From Octopus vulgaris (lineage: Eukaryota): 64,000 nucleotides of DNA. Both the position numbers and the translations under genes were made by a program. The DNA lies in assembly GCA_951406725.2 (NCBI GenBank), contig OX597823.1, positions 5,022,001 to 5,086,000 on the forward strand, given 5' to 3'. The notes under the pieces are model-generated. The model searched no databases, was not told the origin of the DNA, and saw only the letters and a program-made list of their open reading frames with translations. Positions 12,427 to 25,843 of the stretch are shown here, piece after piece. Every line of letters starts with the position of its first letter. Positions within the stretch are counted from its first letter, which is position 1.

Positions 12427-13240
12427 GTGTGCGTGTGTGTATTTGTGCCCCCCGTTAACAAATACTGTTGGTGTTGTTTACGTCCCTGGCAAATGAGAGT
12501 GACAAAATTAGTACCAGACTTAAAAAAAGATAAGTACTGAAACAAGTTTAAGATAAAAGGTTAATGATAATCGAGATAAAACAATTAACTGGCCCGTGAA
12601 TTGAACCTGAAGTAAGTGGGACACTAGAATGTGTATGAAAAGAAAGAAAGAAATGCAAAGAGTTGAGGAAACATTAAAACCAATGTAGTTGCACTGAGTG
12701 TTGTTTTGCATGAACGAAAGGAGGGGAATTTTGGCTTTGGTCAAAATACACTGGATTGAAATAGAGAGAGAGGTAGCATGTCTGCTATAAGGGATTGTTT
12801 TGGATGGTTACAGTTAGGAATTGTAATTTATATACAGGTAGTGTGGTTCTGAAAGGGCTTTCAGGGAGTAGTATCCCTACCATCCTGAGCTAGTTTTCCA
12901 CTACATTTCTTAAAAATTGTGGTAGAGGCCTTGGTCTCGGGGCCACTCATGTCTAGAAACTGAGGTTGAGGGTAAGCAAGGGCATGCTCCCTGTTGAATA
13001 TCCAGCTCCAGAAAAAGCCTCATGGTTGCAAAGGAGAATGGGCACCAGCTAGCCCAAAGGTTGGGGTGGGCTGCACTTGCCTACCTCGATTGCTATAGCA
13101 TTGAGGTAGATCTGGCCACCCCTTTTAATGGGTACAAAACCTAAATTTGAAACTTGGATGATGATGATGATACAGAAAAGAGAAGTTTATAATGATAATA
13201 ATAAAAATTATAATAATAACAACAACAGCAATAATAATTA

Positions 13241-13782
13241 TTTCTTTGTTAACCACAAGGGTTTACATTAAGAAAAACATTATGGACAGTACAGGACAAA
13301 ACAAACAATGTGTGTGTGTGTGTTGTTGCGAGAGTTTTGCATGTAAATAAGAACAACAATATTTTTTTAAAATCACAATGCATGGCCCTCAATAGGGAGG
13401 AGACATTGGAGGGCTGCTCATAGAAAAACACTCATAAAAAAAACTATGGGTTCCTTGACTTTTGGGGCAGGTGCTTTTTTCCTTTTCATTTTTTTTTTTC
13501 AACTACAGGTGTATGCACAGGGCAAGCCCATTCACGCACACCATTCTCACCACTTTCGTCCACCTTTCAGCAAATTAGCTAGAAAGCAACACTTCCGTCT
13601 CTACTCTTATTTTCCTTTTCAAGTGAAATTGAAAAAGTTGATCAGAGATTGGCCAACGAGGAAAGTGTTTGTCTTCAGCCTCTTCAATCTCATCCACCAT
13701 ATAACCTCTTTCACCATAGCCACCAGGCATACAAACACAGCCTTTCCTTCTTGGTTAAAGGAAGGTGGCAGGGCAATCTGCA
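13241..13782 (-). mobile_element. L1/Tx1-like LINE 3' end (pseudogene fragment)
   Basis: Minus-strand translation resembles 48930-49270 (AK.V.WW.RLK...LINFF.FHL.RK.RVE...F...W); 3' end CCTTGTGGTTAACAAAGAAAT next to (AAT)n. Confidence 0.55.
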
Positions 13783-14742
13783 TGGTGGGATGGGGTGCTA
13801 GTTGATTATATTGATCTCAGTGCTAAACTGGTGCTTATTTTATTGACTCTGCAAAGATGAAAGGTAAAGTTGACTTTCGTAGGATTTGAACTCAGAATGT
13901 ACAGAGCTGGGAGAAATGCCACTAAGCATTCCCTCTAGCATGGTAGTGATTTTACCAGCTCAGTGCCTTAATATCAATGATAACGAGCCAATAGTATACA
14001 GTGCTAAGGTAGACGTTTAAAAGAGTGGACAGAAATCAGCAATGAGTCAAATAAAAACAGCAATAATAGCCAAAGGTTTATGGGATGTAGTTGAAATAAA
14101 ACACAAAAAGAAACTAGAAACATGAACAGTAAAAGAGTCATAAATAAAAAATCCCCAAGTCATATAGATCCACTGCAGCTGATCGTACCAATTGGTTTCA
14201 CACCAGATATTTGGTAACTACTCAGTTACCTAATAACTATGCTCATCAGAGATGGCAGATATGGAAAAAGTAATGACTCTGTATGGCTCCTGTTCTAATA
14301 TTGGATTTCATGGCTTTTATCTTTTATTCAAAATATTTGAGCTTTATTCCATTCTTTCCATAGCATTCTAACATATGCATAATGTATATTTTATATGTAG
14401 GGAAGATCCAACACTTCCCTTGCTTCTGATTTGATTTCTTTTAAATCTTCTAATAGTTGCTTCATTTATATTCAAACTTTCATAGTTTCTATTCAACCCT
14501 TTGTCTTGGTAAAAAATTGAAAAACGTTTTTTAGCCCAAGGTCAGCCTTGATGAAGTGGATTTCTAATCAAAGACTAACCTTTTCTCTTTTTAATTTTTT
14601 TTCTCTGTGTATGTGTGTGTATATATGTAGGCATTCTAGAATTATATTTTCTGTTTTTGAATATAAATTAGCTTTTACTCGTTTTAGTCATTGGACTGTA
14701 GTCATGCTGGGGCATTGCTTTGAAGGGTTTTATTATTATTAT

Positions 14743-15603
14743 ATGTTTGACTTTTGCTTTGTATTTGTATAAGTTGACTCCAAGTCTCACCCAGAGACCT
14801 CAAAAGACAACAAGTTAGAAGTTCATGTTGGTGTTATGCCTAAGGTATCATATATTTGGTTTTGAACATAATATTGTTCTAGAGAATGTTTAAGAAAACA
14901 TAAGAAAATTATGAGTTTGTTTTAAAATTTGAGATTACATAGACAGTATTTTACGTAGGATATGGGCAGTTCCCATGAGCGCTATCTTTTGAATTTCTGC
15001 TATTTTGGGGCTTCCTGGTATCTGAGCTAGGTAGGAGTCACTCCCTTTTGCTATCATTTCTAGGACACCTATCACAACAGGTATTGTTTTAGTCTTGAGG
15101 TTCCACATTTTGCCAATTTCTATTTCAAGATCTTTACACTTGCTCAGTTTTTGGTAGGTCTTGACAGATACATTTATGTCGATTGGGACAGTCATATCAA
15201 TGAGGAGGTAGGATTTTTGTCTGATGTCTTTCAGTATAATATCTGGCCTATTCACATCTCTCTTTCTGTCAGTTTGAATAGTGAAGTTCTAGAGGAGTGA
15301 GATGAGATCTGGAGGTGGTTTATTTTCCCACCAGTTTTTATCATGGGGCAGGTCTAGGTTTTTGCAAATTACCCAGTGAATATATTGTGCAGCTCTATCA
15401 TGCCTGTTGAGATATTCTGTAGGTGCAAGAAGACTGCACATGGAGACAACGTGATCAAAGGTTTCATTTTGTTGTTTACATACATGACATGTTGGGCTAC
15501 TGCTGTTCTTTATTATGTTGGCCTGGTAGTTCCTTGCAGATAGGTATTGATCTTGGGTTGCTATGATAAATCCTTCTGTTTCTGATTTTAAACCAGAAGA
15601 CAC
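14743..15603 (-). pseudogene. R4/Dong-type non-LTR retrotransposon 3' fragment (zinc knuckle + restriction-like endonuclease)
   Basis: ORFs 15289-15603 (C..C.....ETFDHVVSMC, RHD) and 14935-15255 (NRPDI, IDMTVP, KLSK.KDL); frameshifted; (AAT)n on both sides. Confidence 0.88.
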
Positions 15604-15637
15604 TATTTTTATTATTACTATTATTATTATTATTATT

Positions 15638-16190
15638 GAGTGAGAGAGCAGTGCATGCCATCAAAATGACACTGGGTAAAATATACGAAGCCCAATATAC
15701 CCATCATGACTACCCGTCTGATAAGGGTACACCAGGCACATGCATCACAACCATATGTGCGCGACATGGTGATCTCATATCAAGATAAACAGCACATGAC
15801 CTTGCAGGTGGGGCCCAGTTAGAATTTTCTTCAGGTTGAGTAGCCCATCCCGCTCAAACGGTCCCTGAATAAGGGTTGTTTAAGGATGTTGAAAAAACCA
15901 CCCATGTTTCCAGAGGTGAACTATTCAAACCCCAAACAATCCCTCTCAACACATGGCTATGATGCTCCCCCACTACTTCTGCTCGTGATCAGAGATGCAC
16001 ATATCGTCAGCCACTAAGGGACATGCTCAACTGGTTACGGTCAAACAACTGACAAGCAAATCTGTGGTATTGAGCAGAATATTTGCTGTAGCCCATCTTT
16101 TATACCAAGACAAAACAATGTACATGATAACACTTCCAATCAGTTAAGATCAAAAGCCATGAGAGCCACTGCCTGGTACTGCATCAGGGC

Positions 16191-16193
<3 letters not shown>
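15638..16193. mobile_element. ~555-bp non-coding element inserted in (ATT)n, copy 1
   Basis: Full-length homologue with the same ends at 25277-25827; both flanked by ATT repeats; no TIR, no ORF. Confidence 0.75.
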
Positions 16194-16245
<52 letters not shown>

Positions 16246-16923
16246 TTAATTTTTATTATTAATCAAGAAAAGTCAGTGGGCCTGCAACTCAGCACCAGGA
16301 AAGGCTAGTTCATGCTGTCCAATAATGTGATGGGATGCTGGATGGAGGGACCAGTTTAATTACTTGGGATCTGGTTTGGTCCAGATCTCCAGGTGAAGTA
16401 CTAAGATAAATCGACAAGCAGAGTGGCCAGTCTCACCCAGAAAAGTCAGCAAGAAGTAGGAAATGCATATATTCTCTCCGTTATATATTACTGCATGATC
16501 ATTGTGCCTTGCCCCAGCTTACTTCTGACCACATTAGAGCACATATTCTTCTGCTTTCTGTGAAAGGTACTTGTTTCATTGGTCAGGTACTCCATTTTTT
16601 GTCAGCACCCTCTGAATAAAAGACTGGGCATGTTGTAGCTGATGATGCACAGACATACACAGAGGCTACACCATCTCCAGTGCTTTCTTCACAGTGAGCA
16701 AGTAAGGTTGTCGTTTGTCAGGCTTGCTTTTCCACACCTATGACAGCTAAAGTTTAAAAAAAAAAAATTGTTAGTCTTGTTTACATGCAAAACACTCGCA
16801 ACGACACACACTCATGCACATACACACACACATTCTTGTCTTGTCCTGTACTGCCCACAATGATTTTCTTAATGTAAACCTTTGTGGTTAATAAAGAAAT
16901 CATCATCATCATCATCATTATTA

Positions 16924-16955
<32 letters not shown>

Positions 16956-17567
16956 GCCTTTGCACAGCTTCTAATGCTGGAGATGTACTACATTGTCAGC
17001 TGTTCACTAAGATAACACCTCTTATTTTTTGAGCACCTTCTAGAGTATTTGAGCGGTTCCAAGCAATGCTGTTTTCTGCAAGTGCTCCACCCTTATTGCA
17101 GCCCCTATTTATTCCACGTACTTCTCGAGATTTTTGCCCACTGTTCCCAGGGCTCTGACAATTATTAGTACTACTGCCACCTTTTTCATCAACCACAACT
17201 GCTTAACTTCCCAAGCCAACCTGTCATATCTATCGACTTTTCTTTCTTCCTTATCGCATACCTTGTTGTCAGCTAGGCATGCTATGTCTATGATCCAGCA
17301 TCGTTTGCTTTCTTTCTCAATTAACACTATGTCTGGTTTCCTATTCTCCATCTCATGGTTGCACTGAATCATAAAATCCCATAGGATCTTTGTGTTTCTA
17401 TTTTCGACGATGCCTTCAGGTTTGTGGTCGTACCAATTTTTTGCTCTGTCAAGTCCATACTTGTTGCAGAGTGTCCAATGGACAAGCCTGGCTTTACTGT
17501 TGTGGCATCTCTTATATTCCTTTTGGGCTAGTGGCATACATTGGCTGGTAATATGCTATATGGTTTC
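16956..17567 (-). pseudogene. R4/Dong-type non-LTR 3' fragment, second family
   Basis: ORF 17109-17537: LAQKEYKRCHN, KILWDF.IQ, RKPDIV, IIDIAC, KVDRY; (AAT)n flanks. Confidence 0.88.
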
Positions 17568-17927
17568 ATTATTATTATTATTAAGGGGCCGTTTTGCCAG
17601 CCTCATCTGGCACCTGTGTCAGTAGCACATAAAAACACCATCCGAGCGTGGCCGTCTGCCAGCCTCGTCTGGCACCTGTGTCGGTGGCACATAAAAACAC
17701 CATCCGAGCGTGGCCGTTTGCCAGCCTCGTCTGGCACCTGTGTCGGTGGCACATAAAATCACCCACTACACTCTCGGAGTGGTTGGCGTTAGGAAGGGCA
17801 TCCAGCTGTAGAAACACTGCCAGATCTGACTGGACTGGTGCAGCTTTCGGGCTCCCCAGACCCCAGTTGAACCGTCCAACCCATGCTAGCATGGAAAGCG
17901 GACGTTAAATGATGATGATGATGATGA

Positions 17928-18116
17928 AGGTGGTGAGCTGGTAGAATTGTTAGCTGCAAAGCATTTTGTCTGTTTTTATGTTCTGAGTTTAAATTCTGCC
18001 AAGGTTGACTTTGCCTTTCATCCCTTCTGGGTTGATAAACACTAGGGGTCTATGTAATTAACTTATCCCTCCCCCCCCCCCCCATCCAAGATGGCAGTCC
18101 TTGTGGCAGAATTTGA
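17928..18116 (+). mobile_element. tRNA-derived SINE family B (Nin/Deu-like central domain)
   Basis: GGTGGTGAGCTGG head, GAGTT.AAAT B box, GCCTTTCATCC...GTTGATAAA central motif; other copies ~13800-13970, 25047-25260, 34010-34220, 48485-48685, 49550-50015, 52030-52200, 55567-55765, 60780-60980. Confidence 0.75.
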
Positions 18117-18246
18117 AGCATTATTATTGTTATTGCCTTTCAACCTTTCCATGTCAATAAATTAAATACCAGTTGCATACTGGAGTCGTTCTAATCGACT
18201 GGACCCCTCCCCAAAAATTTCGGGCCTTGTGCCTAGAGTAGAAAAG

Positions 18247-18300
<54 letters not shown>

Positions 18301-18303
<3 letters not shown>

Positions 18304-20118
18304 TAGTTTTATTTTTATAGCGTGCTTTCACTTCACTACCGAGCGCAGCTCTGTGTGCCTTGGGTATGTGCTGTGATTTGTTGTGATGCTCTGATGGTTA
18401 TTGTATGGAAAGTGTTCTGCGTAGGATGTGTGCAGTGCCTAGTAGTGCAATTTTCTGTATGTTATATGTGTTTGTAAGTCCTGGTGTTTTTGTTATGTAT
18501 TTGTCTGAATATTTTTTTATCATGCCTAATGCACCTACTATGATAGGAATTGTTTCTGTTTTTAGATTCCACATTCTGGTTACCTCTATTTCCAGGTCTT
18601 TGTATTTTGAAAGTTTCTCCATTTCTTTTAGAGACACGTTGTCATTCGCTGGTATTGATACATCAATTAGAAAGCATTTTTTTCCTTCATGATCTCTGAC
18701 AACTATATCTGGTCTGTTGGCCTTAATTTCTCTATCTGTGTGTATCGGCATATCCCAGAGTATGGTTGCTTTCTCATTTTCTGTGACCTTTTCTGGTGTG
18801 TGCCTATACCATCTTTTTTCTGTTGTTATTCCATAATGTTGGCATAGCTTCCAGTGTATATAGGTCCCAACTCTGTTGTGTCTGTGAATATATTCCTTCT
18901 TAGCCAGGACTGGGCTGCCAGAGATAATATGATTTATTGTTTCTTGTCCATCTCCACATATTCTGCAGTTACTTGTTGTATTTCTTTTTATTATATGTTT
19001 TTGGTAATTTCTGGTGGGGTGGCTTTGGTCTTGTGCTGCAATTAAAAATCCCTCTGTCTCTGCTTTGAGTCCTCAGCTTGTCAACCATTGCTGGGATTTT
19101 TCTTTGTTTATTTCTTTTGCATTTAGTCCAGTATTTGCCATGAAGGGGCTTTTCTTGCCATCGTTTTATCATGGTTTGTTGCTGTTCTAGTTTTAGTTTG
19201 GATTTCATTTGTTTTATAGCTTTTGTTGTTTCTTCATCTTCTTCTTCTTCATATTTGTTAGGTGGTATGATTTCTTGTTTGTTTTTGTCAGCTTCCTTAA
19301 ATACTGAGAACAGTTTTTTGTTTTGCTCGTGTTTTGCCGCTGTTTGTATCAGTTTTCCTTCATTCTGAAGTAGATATTTTTGCAGTCCTATGGTGGTTAT
19401 TTTAAAGTAGTTTTCCAGGTGTATAAGGCCTCTACCACCTTCTATACATTATATATATAGCCTTTCTATGTCAGATTTTGGGTGATGCATCCTAGAACCT
19501 GTCATTATTTTTCTTGTTTTCCTATCTATTTTGGTCAGTTCATTTAGTGTCCAGTTAAAGATATTGTAGCTGTAACTTATAACTGGGACGGCTAAAGTGT
19601 TAATACCTATTATCTTGTTTTTAGCATTGAGCTCTGTTTTTAGTATTGATCTAACTCGTCTATAGTATTCTTTTTTTATTTTCTCTTTCATTTGTGTGTG
19701 TTGTGTCTTATCTAGTTTATGGATTCCTAAGTATTTGTAAGTTTGGCTTTGGTCTAATTCTTTTATTTCATTGGTTTTATCTAGTGTGATGTTGCTACTC
19801 TTAACTAGTTTTCCTCTTTTCAGGGTTACTTTGGCGCATTTTTCTAATCCAAATTTCATATATATTTCTTTGGTAAATCCATGAACTGTCTTTAGTAGTG
19901 TTTCCAGCTGTTTGTCATTTGTAGCGTATAGTTTTAGGTCATCCATATATAAAAGGTGGCTGATCATTTTGCCGTAACATTTATATCCGCATCCAGTTCT
20001 GTTTAGCAAGTCACATAAAGGTGTCAGTGCCAAGCAGAAAAGGAGTGGAGAGAGTGTGTCTCCCTGGAATATTCCTCTTCTGATGGGGATGGCTTTGGTT
20101 TTCATGAGTCCCTCTTTT
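18301..20118 (-). pseudogene. 5'-truncated R4/Dong-type non-LTR retrotransposon: reverse transcriptase + REL endonuclease
   Basis: ORF 19449-20177 has RRGIFQGDTLSPLLF, SHLLYMDDLKL, KFGLEKC, YKYLGI; downstream W...PLHG and ORF 18398-18751 with NRPDI, IDVSIP, KLSKY; frameshifts; (AAT)n at both ends. Confidence 0.93.
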
Positions 20119-20913
20119 GTTGTTATTATTATTATTATTATTGCTGTTGATGTTGTTGTTGGTTGTGGTAGTTGCAATGGTGGTGATGGTGGTGGTGCTG
20201 CTGCTACTGGTGGGTTACTGTTGTGGTAATGGTGGTTGTTGCTGTTTTAGTTGTTGTGGTAGAGGTGATAGTGGTGCTGTTAGCATTCCAGCACCAGATT
20301 TATAATAAAACAAATACAAAAACATTTGCTTTCTGTGACATCTCCACTAGTTTATGGTGGTGGTGGCAGTAGTGGATATAATAGGTGGGGAAGTGAGGTG
20401 GTCCTGTGGATATAAGAAAGAATGGAAGTGTGTGTGTATAAATATATCCATGTCTAGGTGTGTTTCATTGTGATAGGTATATATGTTGTCTGTATATGGA
20501 TGTGTGTATGTATGGTTATAGGTATGTGTTTATGCATGCGTGCATCTGTGTAACTATGTATATATATATATATAAATAATATATAAATATAGGCATATAT
20601 ACATATATGTACATACCTACATATATATGTATATATACATGCATATATATGTACAGGACATCAAAAAAACGTTGAACACAATGAGAAACGAAAACATAAA
20701 AACAAAAACATAGAAACAAACTTTTTTCGAACAAAGAAAAAAAAGAAACTGCATGTGTGTGTGTGTGTGTGGGTGGATGGATGGATGGTTGGATATGTAT
20801 GTATGGATGGATGGAGAAATGTGTGTGTATATATCTGTGTTTATTATGTAGGAAAGGTTATAATGCAAGACTATGAACACACATATATATGCATAAACAT
20901 AGGTATGTATATA

Positions 20914-22426
20914 CACCCAGAACTATGCTAATATTTTAGGAGTGAAATTTAGGCTTTCTTGGTTTTATGTGAATCGATTTTGATAAAACTTTTCCCAGCT
21001 GGTTTGCACACTATGGCAACATCATTGTTATGTTTTCATTATTCTGTGTAATGTCCTTTCTTTTTAATTTCAGATTCTTCAGTTTTGGGGTAAACCACGC
21101 TAATAGCTTTTGAATGAAAATAGCCCAGCTAGACATTTTTTTCAGAAACTGAAGGGTAATGATGCATATTAAGCATATATTGAGTATATATTTAAAAGAA
21201 AACCATAATAATATTATAACATTTATTGACAAAATGACTTATTCAACCACATGATCACCAAGGAAGAAACAGTCCGATTGTGGGACCTCCAAAACTGTGA
21301 CAGCAAGGTATTTAAGGAGTATTGGCTGCAAGGAAACCTGGACAAACAAGCAAAGCCATTTTCACTGCCTCTGAACTTCTTCATGTATCGAAAATCACTA
21401 GAAATCACATCCTTGGGACCATGGCTTCTGTGCGAGAACCCCTGAAACTGCCTCTTCACAGGCATTTGAGGCTTCAGTTGGCTCAAAAGTCCATGACGTT
21501 AGATATGAGTTGTGTTCTGTTCACTGATGAAACCAGGGCAACCCTTGACAAACCTGATAGTTGGGCAAATGGTTGAGTCTGTTCTAGAGATGAGCGTCAC
21601 CAATGTTTACGATGTCAACAACAGGGTGAAGGAGTCATGTTGTGGGCTGGTGTCATTGGGAACAAACTTGTTGGCCCAGTTAGTGTGCCTGAAGAGGTTA
21701 AAATGATCGCAGCTGCCTACTGCAGTCTCCTGAAGGAGGTCTTGGATCCCTGGTAAGATGACATACTGCTGTCACTTCTAAGGAATCTCATATTCATGCA
21801 TGACAACGCTCCTTCCCACCCTGCTAGGACCAGCCAAACATTCCTAGGGTCTTATGGCATGCAAGGTGAAAGGTTGATGGTGTGGCTGCTAGCATCTCAA
21901 CCCTATCGAAAATCTTTGGTCCATCATTAAACAAGATGTTTATACCAATGGATGCCAGCTTATGTCAAAAGATGTCTTATGGGTGACCATCAAAGCTGCA
22001 GCAGAGGCGGTCCAACCTGCTACTTTTAAGAAATTAATAAATTCTATGACTAGTAGGGCTTTTGAAGTTATCCACCGAAATAGTGCTCATGTGGCTAAAT
22101 AATTCATTTTGTCAATAAATGCAATAATAACATTATGATTTTCTTTTAAATATATACTCAATGTATGCTTAATATCTATTACTACCCTTCATTTTCTGAA
22201 AAAAATGTCTAAATGGATTATTTTCATTCAAAAGCTATTAGCGTGGTTTACCCCAAAACTGAAGAATTGAAATTAAAAAGAAAGGACATTACACAGAATA
22301 ATAAAGACATAACAATGGTGTTGCCATAGTGTGCAAACCAGCTGGGAAAAGTTTTATCAAAAGCAATTCACAGAAAACCAAGAAAGCCTAAATTTCACTC
22401 CTCAGCTATTAGCATGGTTCTGAGTG
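20914..22426 (+). mobile_element. Decayed Tc1/mariner element with ~345-bp inverted repeats and TA TSD
   Basis: TA at 20912-20913 and 22427-22428; 20914-~21260 is the inverted copy of ~22080-22426; transposase remnants VLFTDETR, GVMLWAG, FMHDNAPSH, NPIENLWSIIK with stops and frameshifts. Confidence 0.92.
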
Positions 22427-22429
22427 TAT

Positions 22430-22920
22430 GTAGGTACATCCTGAGCATTGAGGCAATGGTACACAAGCACTGTTTATGTTGGACTGGACACCTTATTCAG
22501 ATGAATGATTGGAGGATCCCTATGCAGAACTTGTTTGTGGAAAGCACCCCCAGCAGAAACCAAGACTATGATTTAAGGATTGTGAAGAGTTCATGTTGAA
22601 AGCATGTGAAATATGAGAGGTCAGTTGGGAAAACAATGCTTGTCACCGTTACCAGTGGAGAAAGTAACAAGTAAAGGAAGGGGGGGGGGATTATTTTTGA
22701 AAAAAAGCATTTTTTAATGCAGAATTTAAGCAAACTGCTCAAAAATACACTGCAGTGAATGGGGGAAGGTTGGTCTGCAATATCTGCAGACATGTATGTT
22801 TATTAAGAGCTGGACTTTCCTGTCACCAGTGGGGCCATAAGTGCATAAATTTGACTGAGTGCACAATTTTCTTAATGACCAGCGATGGTCTTTCTTAGTC
22901 ACGAGTTGACAGCCATTATA
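22430..22920 (+). mobile_element. Old RTE-like LINE 3' remnant
   Basis: SIEAMV....LCWTGHLIQMNDWRIP motif and RTE-like terminus ATGGTCTTTCTTAGTCACGAG...CAGCCA. Confidence 0.6.
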
Positions 22921-24996
22921 TGCATATGTATGCAGATATGTATGCTTTTTTTTTAGGTCTCCTTTTTATCAAGTACAGCTTGATGTATTGGTGGACAGTG
23001 GACATTGTTGGAGAGCATAAAGATTAATGTTGTAGTTGAGAAAAAGTCAACTGACATGGAAGACTGAAAGCCATCTGAATATTGGTAAAGACTTACCTAT
23101 ATCAAGTTGATTCACACTGAGTGTCAAAATGCTGCTCTGTGAACAATGTAAAGGTTGTAATACATGACATGGACAGTTGCAAAGCTTTGGCCAGCAGGAA
23201 GGAACACAGCTGGCCTTCTGACTGCATCTGCCTGGCGGAATTTATCCTCACATCACTGAACAAGGCCTTGGACTCAATTCAGATGGTTATGCACCTACAA
23301 ATTTACAGAGAAACCTAATAATACTAGGTTTTTCAAAGAATGAGCAAAAGAAACCAACGTGGATTCTCCAAATCCAATGTGAAGATTTGTAAGACATTCC
23401 AAAGATTCTCCATTTGAGATACTTTACATGAATAGATGCACACACTTTGGTGTATGCATTGACAGTTCAACCAACATACTGACATTTCAAACCCTGAGAA
23501 TTCTCTTAACTCAAAAAGTTTTATTACTTTGTTAGCAACCGGCTTGAACTCTCTTAAGAAGAATCTGAATAAAACTCAAAGGAAAAACACATACATGGAT
23601 TGATACACAAATAAAAGATAAACTTGTTCTGGTGCTGCATAAAATATATGAAACTAGCAGAACAAACATTGGGTAATCTGTAATTATTTTAAACATCCCA
23701 AATCTGGTTTTTGTCTGTGTTTATATATGGCCAAGTGTGCACGGATGTGTATGCAAGTGTAGGTTGAGTGTGCGTGTGTGTGTGTGTGTGTGTGTTTGTG
23801 TATGTGTAAGCATATCTGGGAGGGTGGTTTGAGGGTGGTGGGGTGGGTATGTTATTATTTGTCTGTGACTGTGTATGGCAAGGTGGGTGTGTATGTGTGT
23901 GGCGGGGAGTTGGCAAGGCACATGCTTACAGCTCTGAGACAATGGCTATTCTAATACAATGTAATAAAATGTGACAACATGGCCTGGAGTGGGCAGGGGC
24001 AGGAGACCATAAATTTCCACAGTCAACACAACCTTTTCCCCTACCCCCTCCCTTCCACCCTGCTTCCACACTGCCTGCCCCTTCCCTCCTCCTCCTCTGC
24101 AACAGCGACCTCACCACCACCACTATGACCACAACCACACTTCCAATCCACTTTCTATCTCTCCCTCTACAGCATGCACCTGACTATCATCATCATCATC
24201 ATCACTACCATCATTGTTATTAGCAGTACCACAAAGAATCTGCAGATTTACCACTACCACCACAACAACCACCACAACCACTACATCCAACACCATCACA
24301 ACCTACACCACCACTAGATAACCACCGCTAGATCAACCAATGCTACCACTCCCACCACCACTGGAACAACCACTATAACCATCAGAACAACTACTACACC
24401 ACTAGAACAACCACATCACTGCTAGAACAACCACTACAACCACCACAACCAATGCCATCGCTACAATCATCACTGCACCACCACCACCACCACTGCAACT
24501 ACCACAACCATCATGACCATCACCAACGCCACCTCCACCACCACTTTTATCATCATATAGAACATTACAATCCAGGGAAAGAACCTTCTGTACTACTTTA
24601 ATCTTTCTGCCTCTCCTTCACCTCTCTGACCCCATGACTAACTTTCTCCCTCCCCTTCTTGCTCCTCCCTCTCTCTCTCTCTTTCCTCCTGTTTTTCCCT
24701 CAGCAGACATATCTTTCAACAAACTCCCTACCAGCTTAGAAAAAGAAAAAAAATTTGCTATTTTGTTATTTTATTGTAGGACAGCTATATCCCCTAATAA
24801 AGACCAATGGGGTTGGTAGTGGGGGCAGTGATCGCATCTAAAGTGCTGAATGAGCAGAAGTCCTATTAAAACTGGAAGGAAAGGGTAAGGGGGCATATGA
24901 GTATGAAAGGACAGAAGAAAGAAAGACCTTTCAATTTACTTGGATATCAGCAGAAAATTCCTTATTTTCATTGATTATTATTATTATTATTAGTAA

Positions 24997-25042
<46 letters not shown>

Positions 25043-25276
25043 ATAAAGGCGGTGAGCTGGCAGATTTGTTAGCACACGGAGCAAAATGCTTAGTGGCATT
25101 TCGTCCTATCTTTACATTCTGAGTTCAAATTCCGCTGAAGTCAACTTTGCCTTTCACCCTTTTGAGGTCGATAAAATAAGTACCAGCTGAACACTGGGGT
25201 TGATGTAATTGACTTATCCTCTGCCCCTGGAATTGCAGGCCTTGTGTCAAATTTTGAAACTATTATTATCATTATT

Positions 25277-25827
25277 GAGTGAGACAGCTGTGCATGCCAT
25301 CAAAGTGACATGGAGTACAAATATACAAAGCCCAATATGCCCCTTATGACTACCCATCTGATATGGGTTCACCAGGCTGATACATCATGACCATATGTGT
25401 ACAACATGATGATCTCATATCAAGATAAACAGTGAATGACCTTGCAGGTGGGACCCAATTAGAATTTTCTTCACAGTGAGTAGCCCATCCCACTCAAAAG
25501 GTCCCCGAGTAAAGGTTGTTTAAGAATGTTGAATGGAAACATCCATGTTTCCAGAGGTGAATTATTCAAGCCCCAAAGAATTCCTCTCAACACACAGTTC
25601 TAATGCTCCCCCAATACTCCTGCTCATGATCAGAAATGCACATATCATCAGCCACTAAAGGACATGCTCAACTTGTTAAGGTTTGACAACCGGCAAGAAA
25701 ATCTGTGATATTAAGCAGAATATTTTCTGTAGCCCATCTTTTACACTGGAACAAAACATGTTAATGTTTCCAATTAGTTAAGATCAGGAGCCATGAGAAC
25801 CATTGCTTGGTACTGCATCAGGACATT
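25277..25827. mobile_element. ~555-bp non-coding (ATT)n-inserted element, copy 2
   Basis: Collinear with 15638-16193 over its full length. Confidence 0.75.
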
Positions 25828-25843
25828 TATTATCATTATCATT

